Source: Candidatus Omnitrophota bacterium
Lineage (GTDB): Bacteria; Omnitrophota; Gorgyraeia; Duberdicusellales; 4484-171
Direction of reading: 5' to 3'
Length of the DNA: 64,000 nucleotides
Assembly: GCA_043820815.1 (NCBI GenBank)
Contig: JBDRDJ010000025.1
Location: 22,459-86,458, forward strand
Made by a program: the position numbers and the translations under genes. The notes under the pieces were generated by a model. It was not told where the DNA came from. It saw only the letters and a list, made by a program, of their open reading frames with translations, and did not search any database. The first letter of the stretch is position 1; every line of letters starts with the position of its first letter. This document shows positions 1-10,154 of the stretch, in pieces.

Positions 1-900
1 GCTTGTTTTAAAAAGCAATTCGGGATATTGATTGGTTTCAACGGCCACCTTGCCTCTGCTCGAAAAATATTGAGCTTCGGGGTGTGCCCAGAACACAACT
101 CCTCCTTTGGAATTAACATAATCTATATAATTTTGATAGGGCATTGCTCCTAAATCTCCATGATATTGATCGTACAAGATTTTTTTGAATGGCCAGTTAT
201 TGATTACGGTCAATATTCCTATACCAATAAGTGCAAGAGGGATAAAATCGGCCTTTATAATTTTTTTATATGCGTTAAGAACATTTTTTCCTTTAAGCGG
301 GAGGTTTTTTTTCGCAATAATAAAGACCCCTAAACTTACAAGAAAAAACGGCCATAACTTTTTTATGTCAAAGCCTTGCCTTAAGGCTCGCGTATTACCG
401 ATCACAGGAAGCTTATAGTAATCATCAGTATCTTTAAGGCCTAAGGCAAGCATGTGCCTGTGCCAGTTATGCAGAGTCAAATTATCCTTAAAAGGTGAGC
501 CGCTCCAATAATAGAAAGGTGCTGATTCAACGCCGGCAATAAAAACAATATTGGGGTATTTTTTCTTGACAGCATTTATATCATTAAGGTATTTGTCGAT
601 TCCATAAAGTAATACCGAGTTGCGTTTAATTGTTTTTTTAAGAATTCTCGGCCATGGCTTTAAGCCATATTCCCAGTTCATGGCAAAACGGTCAGTGAAT
701 ATTACGGCATCGATGGTTTCGTTTTCACAGGCGCGGGCGATTTCCTCAATCGTTTGGCTGCCGTCACTGACAGTCGAGCTCATATGAATTGCTACTTTTG
801 CCTGGATATATTCGGCTGCGAATATTTGAGGAAGGATAAAGAATAAAACAAACAAAAAGGGCGAGATGATTTTAGTTGTCAAAGTCTTCATCTTTTCCAT
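1..900 (-). CDS. PHP-domain-like protein with N-terminal signal/anchor; 3' end cut by window edge
   Basis: Hand translation of the minus strand gives an uninterrupted 300-codon frame from ATG at 900 (MEKMKTLTTKIISPFLFVLFFILPQIFA...) running off position 1. It is absent from the ORF track because there is no stop in the window. VAIHMSSTVSDG, AVIFTDR, GVE and WAHPE resemble PHP metal-binding motifs, but the HxH motif is degenerate. Confidence 0.5.
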   Translation of the reverse strand, partial: MEKMKTLTTKIISPFLFVLFFILPQIFAAEYIQAKVAIHMSSTVSDGSQTIEEIARACENETIDAVIFTDRFAMNWEYGLKPWPRILKKTIKRNSVLLYGIDKYLNDINAVKKKYPNIVFIAGVESAPFYYWSGSPFKDNLTLHNWHRHMLALGLKDTDDYYKLPVIGNTRALRQGFDIKKLWPFFLVSLGVFIIAKKNLPLKGKNVLNAYKKIIKADFIPLALIGIGILTVINNWPFKKILYDQYHGDLGAMPYQNYIDYVNSKGGVVFWAHPEAQYFSSRGKVAVETNQYPELLFKTS

Positions 901-1999
901 AAGATTTTCTCTTTCGCTGTCTTTCTTGGAGGCGGTATATAAGGGTTATCTTTCTTTCAATAAACCCAAACATCCTTATTGCCATAAAGAACCCCAGTGC
1001 CAATAGCACTAAAAGGATTAAAGCATACTTGTTAGGTATAAGAACAAATAGAAAAGCAAATATTCCGAGATAAAGCGTTATCATGTAAATCGTAAGAACA
1101 ATCTGCCTCTGGGGCAAACCCATGCCAAGAAGGCGGTGGTGAAGGTGCTTTTTGTCGGCGCGAAAAATAGGGCGTTTATTAAAAAATCGGCGGACAACAG
1201 CGAAGAATGTGTCCGAGATCGGGATAGCAAGTGCAGTAATCGGGACAAGAAGGGTTGCCGCAGTTGTAGATTTGTATTGAGAACCAACCAGAGCCGCAAC
1301 AGCTAAGATAACACCTATAAGCATACTGCCGGCGTCTCCCAAAAATATTTTAGCAGGATAGAAATTGTACGGCAAAAATCCTAAGGTGCTTGCACCCAAG
1401 GCAACAAGGATGAATGCTGTTACATAATTTTCAAGAAATATAGCGCTAAATAATAGGCAAGCGCAGACTATTGTAGTTATACCGGCAGCTAATCCGTCTA
1501 AGCCGTCAATCAAATTTATTGCATTCATCATGCCTACAATCCAGAAAGAGGTGATTGCAACGCTAATAATCCGGGGAATTTCCATCTCGCTGCCGGAAAA
1601 AGGATTGGTGAGAACATCGATACGAAATCCCTGCCAATATAAAAAACCAGCAATTGCAATTTGGCCGGAAAGTTTTAACAGGGATTTAATGTCCCGAATA
1701 TCGTCAATAACACCCAGGATTACCGTTATAGTGCCTGCGATAAAAAGCGTAAAAGCACTGTTAAGGAAATTTTCGCTAAGTTGTTTGTCTGCCAATACGG
1801 CGAATAATAAAGAAAGTGTAAAAGCAGCATAAATTACTAAACCCCCCATGTAAGGCGTGGGCTTTTCATGAACCCTCCTCCCTCCGGGATAAGTAATTAA
1901 ATTGTGTTTTGTTGCGATTCTTATGATAAACGGAGTGAAGGCATACGATATAATAAAAGAAATAAAAGAAACGATACCAATAAACTTAAGATTAATCAT
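872..1999 (-). CDS. Polyprenyl-phosphate HexNAc-1-phosphate transferase (MraY/WecA/WbpL family)
   Basis: 375-aa polytopic membrane ORF with the family signature NAINLIDGLDGLAAG and VIDDIRD. It lies next to the glycan-assembly genes. Confidence 0.85.
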   Translation of the reverse strand: MINLKFIGIVSFISFIISYAFTPFIIRIATKHNLITYPGGRRVHEKPTPYMGGLVIYAAFTLSLLFAVLADKQLSENFLNSAFTLFIAGTITVILGVIDDIRDIKSLLKLSGQIAIAGFLYWQGFRIDVLTNPFSGSEMEIPRIISVAITSFWIVGMMNAINLIDGLDGLAAGITTIVCACLLFSAIFLENYVTAFILVALGASTLGFLPYNFYPAKIFLGDAGSMLIGVILAVAALVGSQYKSTTAATLLVPITALAIPISDTFFAVVRRFFNKRPIFRADKKHLHHRLLGMGLPQRQIVLTIYMITLYLGIFAFLFVLIPNKYALILLVLLALGFFMAIRMFGFIERKITLIYRLQERQRKRKSYGKDEDFDN

Positions 2000-4239
2000 G
2001 GCTCTTTTATTTTGCAGAGGCCTTTTTGATAAAGAATCTCTTCATAGGCATCTTCTATCTGGCAAACCATTGTTCGTACATTGAATTTCTCATCTACGGT
2101 TCTGCGGCCGGCTTCGCCCATTTTCTTACGCATTTGTTCATTTTCAAGCAACTCTATAATTGCTCCAGTCAGAGCATTAACATCCCCGGCAGGAACCAGT
2201 ATTCCGGTAACCCTGTCTTCTACTATGTCAACAATGCCCCCTACTTTTGAGGCAACAACCGGTTTTCCTAATGCCATGGCTTCAAGTAAAACTCTGCCCA
2301 TGCCTTCAAAAAAAGAAGCTAAAACCGCAATATCAAATATAGCGGTTAATTCAACTATATCATTTCGAAAACCGGTAAAAACAATATGATCTCTTATTCC
2401 AAGCTCAAGGGAAAGATTTTCTAAATCCTTGCGCAGATACCCCTCTCCGACAAACATAAACTTAATATCGGGAATTCTCGAAACTATTTGCTTGATAGCC
2501 AGAAGCACGCACTTGTGGCCTTTACCTTCCCATAGTTTTGAGACTACGCCGATTACTTTTGCCTGAGATGGTATTGCGAATTCCCGTTTTTTATCGGCAA
2601 TATCACCAATTCTATTAAAGCGTCCAAGGTCAATGCCGCTATATATGGTAACATATTGTTCGGGTTTACCAATCTTTAATCTTAGGCCCCACTCCATGAG
2701 GGGTTTCGAGATAACAATTAGTTTATCGGCAAACGGGGCGGCAAATCTTTCAAGCGCTATGAAAATGCCTCTGCGCGACGGCTGTTCGAAATCATGAAAG
2801 GCAAAACCGTGAATAGTATGGATAATAATTGGAATTCGCGCGAGTTTTGCCGCCAGGCGGGTAATAAAACCGGCTTTAGAATTATGAGAATGAACAATAT
2901 CGTAGCGCCTGCGCCTCATCAAAAATATTAATTCAATCAAAGCCATTATATCATGATAAACGCTTACCGGTTGGACAAAATGCCTTATTGGATGAAAAGA
3001 TATCTCTTGTGCCTTTGCTTCATCAATTAAGCGCCCGTTGGGAGCGCAGGCAAATTCAACATTGTAACGCGCCTTATTTAACCCCGACATTGTTAAAAGT
3101 GTGTTTATGCCCGAGCCGCTTATTACCGGTAAGGTATGGGTATGTAAGACTTTTATTTTTCTATGCATAGTTATTTTAACCTTTGGCCGAAGGCTTTTAA
3201 TTTTAATTATCAAACCCTCAAACGCTTCGAAAACATTTTCCGTGTCAATTGCGCGCATGCTCGAAATAGAACCCATGTTGCTTCCTTTTTTGACAATTAC
3301 GGCATTCTCGTTATTATAAGGAGCAAACCTTAACGGTAAAGAAGGGCCGAATAAGGCTATAGTAGGTACTTTAAATACGCTTGCAATGTGCATGGGGCCG
3401 CTGTCAACACAAATAAATGCATCGCACCTTTTTATAAGCCAGACAGCATGCTTTAAATTGCATTTTCCCGCAAAATTAAAAGCTTTAGTTTTCATCTTAA
3501 GAATAATTTCTTCTATGGACGGCCTTTCACCTTTAGAACCGAAGAAAACGATTTTGACTTTGTATCTATCAGCCACCATATCTAAAAGCACGGCAAACCT
3601 CTCAGGCAGCCACTGCTTTTGCTTTTCCAAAGTGCCGGCTGCCACGCCTAATAAGAAATCGTTTTCTAAAATATTGTGTGCGGCAAGCAGATTCCGGGCA
3701 AAAACCTTATCGCAATCCTGGCCCCAAAGTTCCAGAGTATTGCATTGCGAATCTGCGCCTAACAAATTCACGGCCTTTATCATTCTTTCTGCTTCATGCA
3801 GGGAATCAATGCCGCCTTCATTTACTGAAGCGGTGTAAAAGTTACCCATCGTGCCATGTCTCCTGCCCACTTTAATTTTAACTGCGATATATTTAAAGAG
3901 CAAAGCCATGCGCAGATTACCGGGATAAGAGTCGATGGCGTAAAGGTTGACTACCGCATCAAAATGTTTATGTTTAAGTTTAACAACACTGGCGAGTGAT
4001 TTAAAAGTTTCTGCGAAATTAAAAGCGGCAGGTGAGAATTTAAAACTACTTATATTAAAGGCAAATACCTCATCAACGTAAGGGCATCCAAAAAGCAGCG
4101 GGCAGGCCCTTGATGAAACCAACATGGCGATATAACTTTCAGGATAGCGTTTACGAAGCGCGCGCAAAGCCGGAATTGACATTATTATGTCTCCGATCCC
4201 GGAGACATCGATAACTAAAATTTTCCTTAATTCATCCAT
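1996..4239 (-). CDS. Bifunctional glycosyltransferase: N-terminal GT9 (heptosyltransferase family) fused to C-terminal GT4
   Basis: The N-terminal half has ILVIDVSGIGDIIMSIPALRAL and VDSGPMHIASVFKVPTIALFGPS (GT9). The C-terminal half has EGMGRVLLEAMALGKPVVASKVGGIVDIVEDRVTGILV (GT4 E-x7-E region). Confidence 0.8.
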   Translation of the reverse strand: MDELRKILVIDVSGIGDIIMSIPALRALRKRYPESYIAMLVSSRACPLLFGCPYVDEVFAFNISSFKFSPAAFNFAETFKSLASVVKLKHKHFDAVVNLYAIDSYPGNLRMALLFKYIAVKIKVGRRHGTMGNFYTASVNEGGIDSLHEAERMIKAVNLLGADSQCNTLELWGQDCDKVFARNLLAAHNILENDFLLGVAAGTLEKQKQWLPERFAVLLDMVADRYKVKIVFFGSKGERPSIEEIILKMKTKAFNFAGKCNLKHAVWLIKRCDAFICVDSGPMHIASVFKVPTIALFGPSLPLRFAPYNNENAVIVKKGSNMGSISSMRAIDTENVFEAFEGLIIKIKSLRPKVKITMHRKIKVLHTHTLPVISGSGINTLLTMSGLNKARYNVEFACAPNGRLIDEAKAQEISFHPIRHFVQPVSVYHDIMALIELIFLMRRRRYDIVHSHNSKAGFITRLAAKLARIPIIIHTIHGFAFHDFEQPSRRGIFIALERFAAPFADKLIVISKPLMEWGLRLKIGKPEQYVTIYSGIDLGRFNRIGDIADKKREFAIPSQAKVIGVVSKLWEGKGHKCVLLAIKQIVSRIPDIKFMFVGEGYLRKDLENLSLELGIRDHIVFTGFRNDIVELTAIFDIAVLASFFEGMGRVLLEAMALGKPVVASKVGGIVDIVEDRVTGILVPAGDVNALTGAIIELLENEQMRKKMGEAGRRTVDEKFNVRTMVCQIEDAYEEILYQKGLCKIKEP

Positions 4240-4246
4240 AACAAGA

Positions 4247-6139
4247 TCATAACTGGTTATTTTTCATATACTGCTCATGCCACAGGCAAAACATTAGCAA
4301 GGCCCAAATCTGATGAGTGTAATTGCCTTTTCCTAAAGAATGGCAATTGAGCAGACTGTCAGCGTAGGCAAAATTAAAAAACGGCATTCGCTTAAAATTC
4401 TCTTTGGAAATCACATCCCGGGTAAAATCCTTTAGATCTTCCTTAAGCCATCTTCCTATTGGGGCCATAAAACCTTGTTTTTTGTGTTGAAGGATTTCAT
4501 CAGGCAAAATGTTTTTTAAAGATTTTTTAAGCATTGATTTCAAGCGGAAATTTGAAAATTTTATATTTTCCGGGATGCGGGCGCAGTAATCGATTAAACG
4601 ATGATCACAAAATGGAACGCGCAGCTCCAGGCCGTGTGCCATAGACATTCGGTCAGCCATGAAAAGTAAATCATCTACAAGGTATGTATGTATATCAAGA
4701 GAATAAATCTGCTTAAGATACTCTGTTGAATTTGCCTGCTGCATGTATGCGGTATGTGTGCTTTTTAGGTCAAATATCTTAAGCTCATTGCGCATGTCGC
4801 CGCTAAATAGATTATTTTGCTCCAAACTCCCGGTAAACTGCATCCAGTGAATATACTGGCTGAATAAATCTAATGTTGTCCCGTGCAAGAAACGTTTAAA
4901 GCGGGATCCGGTGTTCGCGCTTGTTAGGCCTTCTTTTATAAAAGGCGATGATATTTTATCTATTGTCTTACGCAAAGCCAGAGGAATTTTTCTGTAGCAT
5001 AATGATGCTTTCGCTCCCAGATAGCGCGGGTATCCCCCAAAAGTTTCATCACCTCCTATGCCGGTAAGGGCAACTGTAATAGACTTCCTTGAAACTTCTG
5101 CTATGAGAAAGTTTAATATGGCTGATGAGTCAGCAAACGGTTCATCAAGGTGCCATGCCACTTTTGGCAATATCTTAACAATGTCAGGAGTAACGATGAA
5201 TTTAGTATGCTCGGTTTCAAACCGCGATGCCACAGCTTGAGCGTAATCGAGCTCATTAAAAGATGAGTATTTATCATCGAAGCCGATTGAAAAAGTTTTT
5301 ATTTTTGAACTGTTTATTTTACGCATAAGCGCAACAATTGCGCTTGAATCTATGCCTCCGCTTAAGAAAACCCCCAGAGGAACATCGCTTATGAGCCTTT
5401 TCTTAACAGAATCCTTAAGAAGATTAAGAGATATATCGCCATAAATATCTTTGCTTGCAGGCAATTTAGCGTCATCTCTGAAAGATATATTCCAGTATGG
5501 CGTAATATCGAGCTTGCCTTTCTTAAACATTAAAGTATGCGCCGGCGGCAGCTTGTTTATTCCTTCAAATATCGAATATGGAGAAGGAATATAAAGGTAA
5601 GCAAAGAAACAAGCAATAGCTTTTGGATTTAGTTTTGCTGTAAGATTACGGTCTTTAATTATAGATTTAACCTCAGAAGCAAAACGCAATATTCCATTAT
5701 GATAGTGGTAATATAAAGGCTTGATTCCAATTCTGTCGCGGGCTATAAAAAGCTCCTTGTTTTTTATGTCCCATACGGCAAAAGCAAACATTCCGTCTAA
5801 GTGAAGAACACAATCTTGCCCGTACTCTTCATAGAGGTGGACAATTACCTCAGTATCTGAGGCGCTTTTAAACACATGGCCGCGGTTGAGCAGCCCTTCT
5901 CTGAGTTCTTTAAAATTATAAATTTCACCGTTATGGATAACACACAAAGTTTGTTTTTCGTTATACATTGGCTGAGAGCCGCCTTCGATGTCAATAACAC
6001 TCAATCTTCTCATGCCCAATGCGGCATCGTCCTCTATGTGGAAGCCTTCTGAATCCGGGCCGCGGTGGAGGAGCGCCTTAGTCATTTCTTTAATGAGATT
6101 CTTGTCAGAAAGCCCGACTGTTCCGCAGATACCGCACAT
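4247..6139 (-). CDS. asnB: Asparagine synthase (glutamine-hydrolysing) family amidotransferase
   Basis: 630 aa. It starts MCGICG (Ntn glutaminase Cys2) and has the PP-loop FLSGGIDSSAIV. Confidence 0.85.
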   Translation of the reverse strand: MCGICGTVGLSDKNLIKEMTKALLHRGPDSEGFHIEDDAALGMRRLSVIDIEGGSQPMYNEKQTLCVIHNGEIYNFKELREGLLNRGHVFKSASDTEVIVHLYEEYGQDCVLHLDGMFAFAVWDIKNKELFIARDRIGIKPLYYHYHNGILRFASEVKSIIKDRNLTAKLNPKAIACFFAYLYIPSPYSIFEGINKLPPAHTLMFKKGKLDITPYWNISFRDDAKLPASKDIYGDISLNLLKDSVKKRLISDVPLGVFLSGGIDSSAIVALMRKINSSKIKTFSIGFDDKYSSFNELDYAQAVASRFETEHTKFIVTPDIVKILPKVAWHLDEPFADSSAILNFLIAEVSRKSITVALTGIGGDETFGGYPRYLGAKASLCYRKIPLALRKTIDKISSPFIKEGLTSANTGSRFKRFLHGTTLDLFSQYIHWMQFTGSLEQNNLFSGDMRNELKIFDLKSTHTAYMQQANSTEYLKQIYSLDIHTYLVDDLLFMADRMSMAHGLELRVPFCDHRLIDYCARIPENIKFSNFRLKSMLKKSLKNILPDEILQHKKQGFMAPIGRWLKEDLKDFTRDVISKENFKRMPFFNFAYADSLLNCHSLGKGNYTHQIWALLMFCLWHEQYMKNNQL

Positions 6140-6141
6140 AA

Positions 6142-7125
6142 TTATCCTTTCTGTCCGTTCTCTTTCTTTTTTGCCAAAATTAAAATATTATCCCCCATTT
6201 CTCCTGCATTTATGATATGCTCAATGAGATAATTCAACATGGATATAAGATTATTTTTTGAAACGGGGTAATCGCTTTCGGGAGATTGATAACTGCTGTT
6301 TACTTTATGGTTTGGCTGTTTTTTTGGAAAAATATTTCTTATCACCTTTTCAAACCCTAAGAACTTAACCAGCCGTAAAACCGGGGTCTTAAGCCCTCTG
6401 ATCCATAATCCGTCTTTTGAAAAAATCGATGCTGTATGTGTATTAATGCCTGTGATAGTGAAACCCGCCGGCTCCAGAAAATCAATTATTGTTTTAGGCG
6501 AGAAATAAAACATATGAAAATGGTTGAAACCCAACCAAAACCTTCTATAGAATTTGTAAAAAATACTATTAATATTGGGGGTTTCTATAAAAATTAGGCC
6601 TCCCGGTTTGAGTATTCTGTTTATTTCATTTAGAACTGCTGCCGGTACTCTTACATGTTCAATTGTCTGCCACAGAGTGACAGCATCAAAATAGCTATTG
6701 TCAAATCCAGTTTGTTCAGCCCGGGCACATCTAACATTTAAGCTTTTTTTGCGGGAAAAATCGCAGGCCTGCTTCGATACATCAATTCCGTGAACATCCA
6801 TCCCCGCTTGCTTGCAAAGTTCAAGAAAAAAACCTTTATCGCAACCGATATCTAAAATTGTTCCTCTTGAGATATGCTTAGCAATCAAGTTTTGATGAAA
6901 AACCGCTTGTTTAATATGGTCTTTGTCAACGCAAGGGTCAAAGTGGTAATAGCCTTCTTGATACAAGTTAATATTACTTTCACTGTCCGGGCGGGGGTTC
7001 ATGAAAACTACGCCGCATTTAAGGCAGCGGACGATACGGTAATTATAGCCAGGTGCATGGCCTGTGTATATAGCCCGGAAATTACCGCTTTGACAAAGTT
7101 GACAAGGTATATTTTCGGTAATCAT
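6142..7125 (-). CDS. Class I SAM-dependent methyltransferase with N-terminal zinc ribbon
   Basis: CQLCQS...CLKCG zinc ribbon, motif I ILDIGCDKGFF, and FDAVTLWQTIEHV. Confidence 0.75.
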   Translation of the reverse strand: MITENIPCQLCQSGNFRAIYTGHAPGYNYRIVRCLKCGVVFMNPRPDSESNINLYQEGYYHFDPCVDKDHIKQAVFHQNLIAKHISRGTILDIGCDKGFFLELCKQAGMDVHGIDVSKQACDFSRKKSLNVRCARAEQTGFDNSYFDAVTLWQTIEHVRVPAAVLNEINRILKPGGLIFIETPNINSIFYKFYRRFWLGFNHFHMFYFSPKTIIDFLEPAGFTITGINTHTASIFSKDGLWIRGLKTPVLRLVKFLGFEKVIRNIFPKKQPNHKVNSSYQSPESDYPVSKNNLISMLNYLIEHIINAGEMGDNILILAKKKENGQKG

Positions 7126-8231
7126 TTTAAAATTAGATTATCAATAGCAGAAATAACATCAACAAGGTTAGTTTTACTTAAATCAAAAGTTATATCGTTT
7201 TTCCCTTGCGGCCGCCACCTTTCTGCTGCATCAGGGCTTAGAAATGATATTGTAGGCACAGACAAAGCGCAAGCAGCATGAAGCGGGCCGGAGCTGTTTC
7301 CGATAAAAAGCTTAGCTTTCGAAATTAAGGACATGCTTTGGCCCAAAGTAAAAATACCCGCGGCATTAAATGGTTTCGCCTTTGCTTTTGTCATATTAAT
7401 AATTTCATCAGCCAGCCCTTGCTCCCCTGCGGCGCCGATAAGGAAAACTTTTGCCGCATATTTTTCTATAAGGTAATCGATGGCTTTTGCAAAATCATAT
7501 TTTCTGTAGTGTTGTTCAGGGTAGTAACCGCCGGGATGAATAACAATAAGATTGTCAGCGTTATTAACTTCTCTTTCTGAAAGATAGGTGTCGATATACT
7601 TTTGGTCATTTCCGGACAAGCAAAGTTTCAATTTAACTTGGCCTGCTATTATCCCCAAAGGAGAGAGAATATGCATTATTTCATTTGGATAGTATTGAGG
7701 TTTACTTAGGGGTTTAACTTTATTGGTAAACAAGAATCCCCTTCCGTTATTATCTAGCCCTACTTTCATCTTTGCCCGGCATAAGCCAACGATAAAAGCG
7801 GGAAAGAAATAAAATTCCCGTGTAGTTAAATCAACCGCTAAGTCAAAATTACGGGCACGTAAGTTTTTAATGAATTTAATTTTACCCGGAAAACCCTTAC
7901 CTACTTTTTCTTTATCGTAAATAAGCAGTTCATCAATATGAGGATCGTTTTTGGCTATATCAGATATATAACTGTTAACAGCCAATAAGATACGGCTCTT
8001 AGGAAAAACTGCCTTAAGCTCATTAATCGCCGGCATTGAAAGAACCATATCGCCTATACGTTCCATTTTAACAACTAATATTGTAGCGGTATCTTCTTTT
8101 CTTGCATTTTTTGGCCTTATCCAGAATAAAATAAAAGAAAGTATCACAAGGATTAATCCAATAACCGCCTTTATGATTTTTTTTAATTTGTGGCTTATAT
8201 TATTTTCTTTGAGCATATACTTCAAATGCAA
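7122..8231 (-). CDS. GT9-family glycosyltransferase (heptosyltransferase-like)
   Basis: ILVVKMERIGDMVLSMPAINELKAVFP and GNSSGPLHAACALSVPTISF. An N-terminal TM segment is present. The exact start is uncertain because of the overlap with the upstream gene. Confidence 0.75.
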   Translation of the reverse strand: MHLKYMLKENNISHKLKKIIKAVIGLILVILSFILFWIRPKNARKEDTATILVVKMERIGDMVLSMPAINELKAVFPKSRILLAVNSYISDIAKNDPHIDELLIYDKEKVGKGFPGKIKFIKNLRARNFDLAVDLTTREFYFFPAFIVGLCRAKMKVGLDNNGRGFLFTNKVKPLSKPQYYPNEIMHILSPLGIIAGQVKLKLCLSGNDQKYIDTYLSEREVNNADNLIVIHPGGYYPEQHYRKYDFAKAIDYLIEKYAAKVFLIGAAGEQGLADEIINMTKAKAKPFNAAGIFTLGQSMSLISKAKLFIGNSSGPLHAACALSVPTISFLSPDAAERWRPQGKNDITFDLSKTNLVDVISAIDNLILK

Positions 8232-9024
8232 GGCCTAAGTTAACCCCTGTTGTTTTGTAAACAGCCCATGCCAAACTGTCGATAATTCGTTCCTTTATAA
8301 GAATTCTTTCTGAATCAATGCCGGCTTTTGTAACTTTTAGGCCTGCCTTATCTAATAAGGCGCTTAACGTTTTAATTGAAAAATGGTAAAGATGTATTTC
8401 TCTTAAATCAGGAGAAAAAAGCTTTGGCCTGCGCAATCTGTAAGTTGTGTATGCGATTTTATAAATAAAATTATTGATATTTGGCACTGCGATAACAAGA
8501 ATACCATCGGGTTTTACTATCTTGGCAGCTTCTTTTATGTTGGAAAAAGGGTCTGTTGTGTGCTCAAGAACGTGCCAGAGAGTAATGACATCAAAGAAAT
8601 CATCTTGGAAATGAGAATCTATTAAGTCGCCCTTAAAAACATCGATGCCGTAAAGCTTTCTTGCATTATCTACGGCAAAGCCCGAAACTTCCGTGCCCCA
8701 AACTTTAAATCCATGCTCTTTGGCCGTATGCAAGAAATTAGAAGTGCCGCACCCTACATCGAGAAGGTTTCCCGATGGTTTCATCGCGGCAACTTTTTTC
8801 AGCCGTTTTTCCCACATCCGTTTGCGGGCCAAATTCTGGCCGCTCATCCATGGCTCGTAATAAGCCTTATCGTAATGTTCCCAAAGCGCGCTTGCGGCCG
8901 GCTGGGGGTTAACATAAACTAACCGGCAATTGCGGCATTGAACGACTTTTGATTCCAAAGACGTTTCAATAACCTTAGCATTATCCTGGCCGCATAAGTT
9001 ACAGCTTACGTAATTTAAATTCAT
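8200..9024 (-). CDS. Class I SAM-dependent methyltransferase with N-terminal zinc ribbon
   Basis: CNLCG...CRNC, motif I LLDVGCGTSNF, and FDVITLWHVLEH. Same architecture as 6142-7125, so a likely paralogue. Confidence 0.75.
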   Translation of the reverse strand: MNLNYVSCNLCGQDNAKVIETSLESKVVQCRNCRLVYVNPQPAASALWEHYDKAYYEPWMSGQNLARKRMWEKRLKKVAAMKPSGNLLDVGCGTSNFLHTAKEHGFKVWGTEVSGFAVDNARKLYGIDVFKGDLIDSHFQDDFFDVITLWHVLEHTTDPFSNIKEAAKIVKPDGILVIAVPNINNFIYKIAYTTYRLRRPKLFSPDLREIHLYHFSIKTLSALLDKAGLKVTKAGIDSERILIKERIIDSLAWAVYKTTGVNLGLAFEVYAQRK

Positions 9025-10154
9025 TGTTTTTGAAATGACAGGTATAACTCTTCAATCTCTTTAGTGTGAGCTTTAATATCGAATAGCCCAACAGCCCTTT
9101 CTCTTGCTTTCTCGCCAAAATCACGCCTCAGTTTTCCGTTATTTTTGAGATAGATTATTTTATCAGCCATTTCATTAACATTGAAAGGATTTATCAAGAA
9201 TCCTGTAGTTTTGTCTTTGACGATCTCGGGCAGCCCCCCGCTTCTAAAGGCAATAACCGCAAGGCCGCAAGCCATGGCTTCAATAACAACCCTTCCAAAA
9301 GGTTCATTTTCTGACGGAAGCACGAATAAATTAAAAGAAGACATAACCGATGCTATATCTTCTCGTTGGCCCATAAAGATAACGTTTTGCTCAAGGCCTA
9401 ATTCGCTCGTTAAGCTTTTAAGTTTAAGTAAATAAGGGTTGCCTGTGCTGTAACCCATACCGATAAAAACAACCTTAACATTATAAGAATTTGTTACAAC
9501 CACCTTCAACGCCCTTATCAGGTATTCGTAACTTTTCATGGGATGGTATCTTCCCACTGCGCCAATAATAAAATCAGATTCAGAACAGCCGATTTCTTTA
9601 CGAAAAGAAAGGGCATTGCTCCTGATCACCAAAGACGCAGGATTAAACAAAGAAGTATCCACTCCGTTGTGTATTAAACAAATCTTTTTCAAGAAAGGAA
9701 ACCCCTTAAAACGGCCGGCAACAGCAGCCGATATGCATATAATCCTGCTTGAGAGCATTCCGCACACAGCATCTAAGATAAAACTTTTCTCAACCGCGCG
9801 TACGTGCCAGACAAAAGGAATGCCCTTAAAATGAGCGGCAACCGCCCCCATTAATGTGATTCCGCCTATCGAGTTACAATGAATAAGGCTAATGTTATTT
9901 TCGGCTATGCAGCTTTTGAGCTGTTTTAAGATAGAAAGGTTATGTTTAAAATTAATAAAATTCTTAACCTTTTTAAGAGGCAGGATTTTAACAGGGATGT
10001 TTAGCTCGGATATTTTTTGTGTAAAGTCGCCTGAAGCAACGGAAATTAGGTGCGGCCTAAACACCTTGTGATTTAAGTTTTTTAGCAAATTAAAGAGGCT
10101 TACCTCTCCTCCTCCGATAATCTTGCCGGTTGACGTTAAATATAGAATGTTCAT
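9021..10154 (-). CDS. GT4-family glycosyltransferase
   Basis: EPFGRVVIEAMACGLAVIAFRSGGLPEIVKDKTTGFLI (GT-B/GT4 motif). Start/stop overlaps with both neighbours. Confidence 0.8.
   Translation of the reverse strand: MNILYLTSTGKIIGGGEVSLFNLLKNLNHKVFRPHLISVASGDFTQKISELNIPVKILPLKKVKNFINFKHNLSILKQLKSCIAENNISLIHCNSIGGITLMGAVAAHFKGIPFVWHVRAVEKSFILDAVCGMLSSRIICISAAVAGRFKGFPFLKKICLIHNGVDTSLFNPASLVIRSNALSFRKEIGCSESDFIIGAVGRYHPMKSYEYLIRALKVVVTNSYNVKVVFIGMGYSTGNPYLLKLKSLTSELGLEQNVIFMGQREDIASVMSSFNLFVLPSENEPFGRVVIEAMACGLAVIAFRSGGLPEIVKDKTTGFLINPFNVNEMADKIIYLKNNGKLRRDFGEKARERAVGLFDIKAHTKEIEELYLSFQKQ

Noticed and set aside
4247-6139. The asparagine synthase homologue as the missing lasso-peptide cyclase for the HPr-kinase/nucleotidyltransferase genes
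   Set aside because: It keeps the full N-terminal glutaminase domain starting MCGICG. It lies about 12 kb from the peptide genes and is embedded among glycosyltransferases and methyltransferases. It is more consistent with a glycan-modifying amidotransferase. No transglutaminase-like leader protease is present either.
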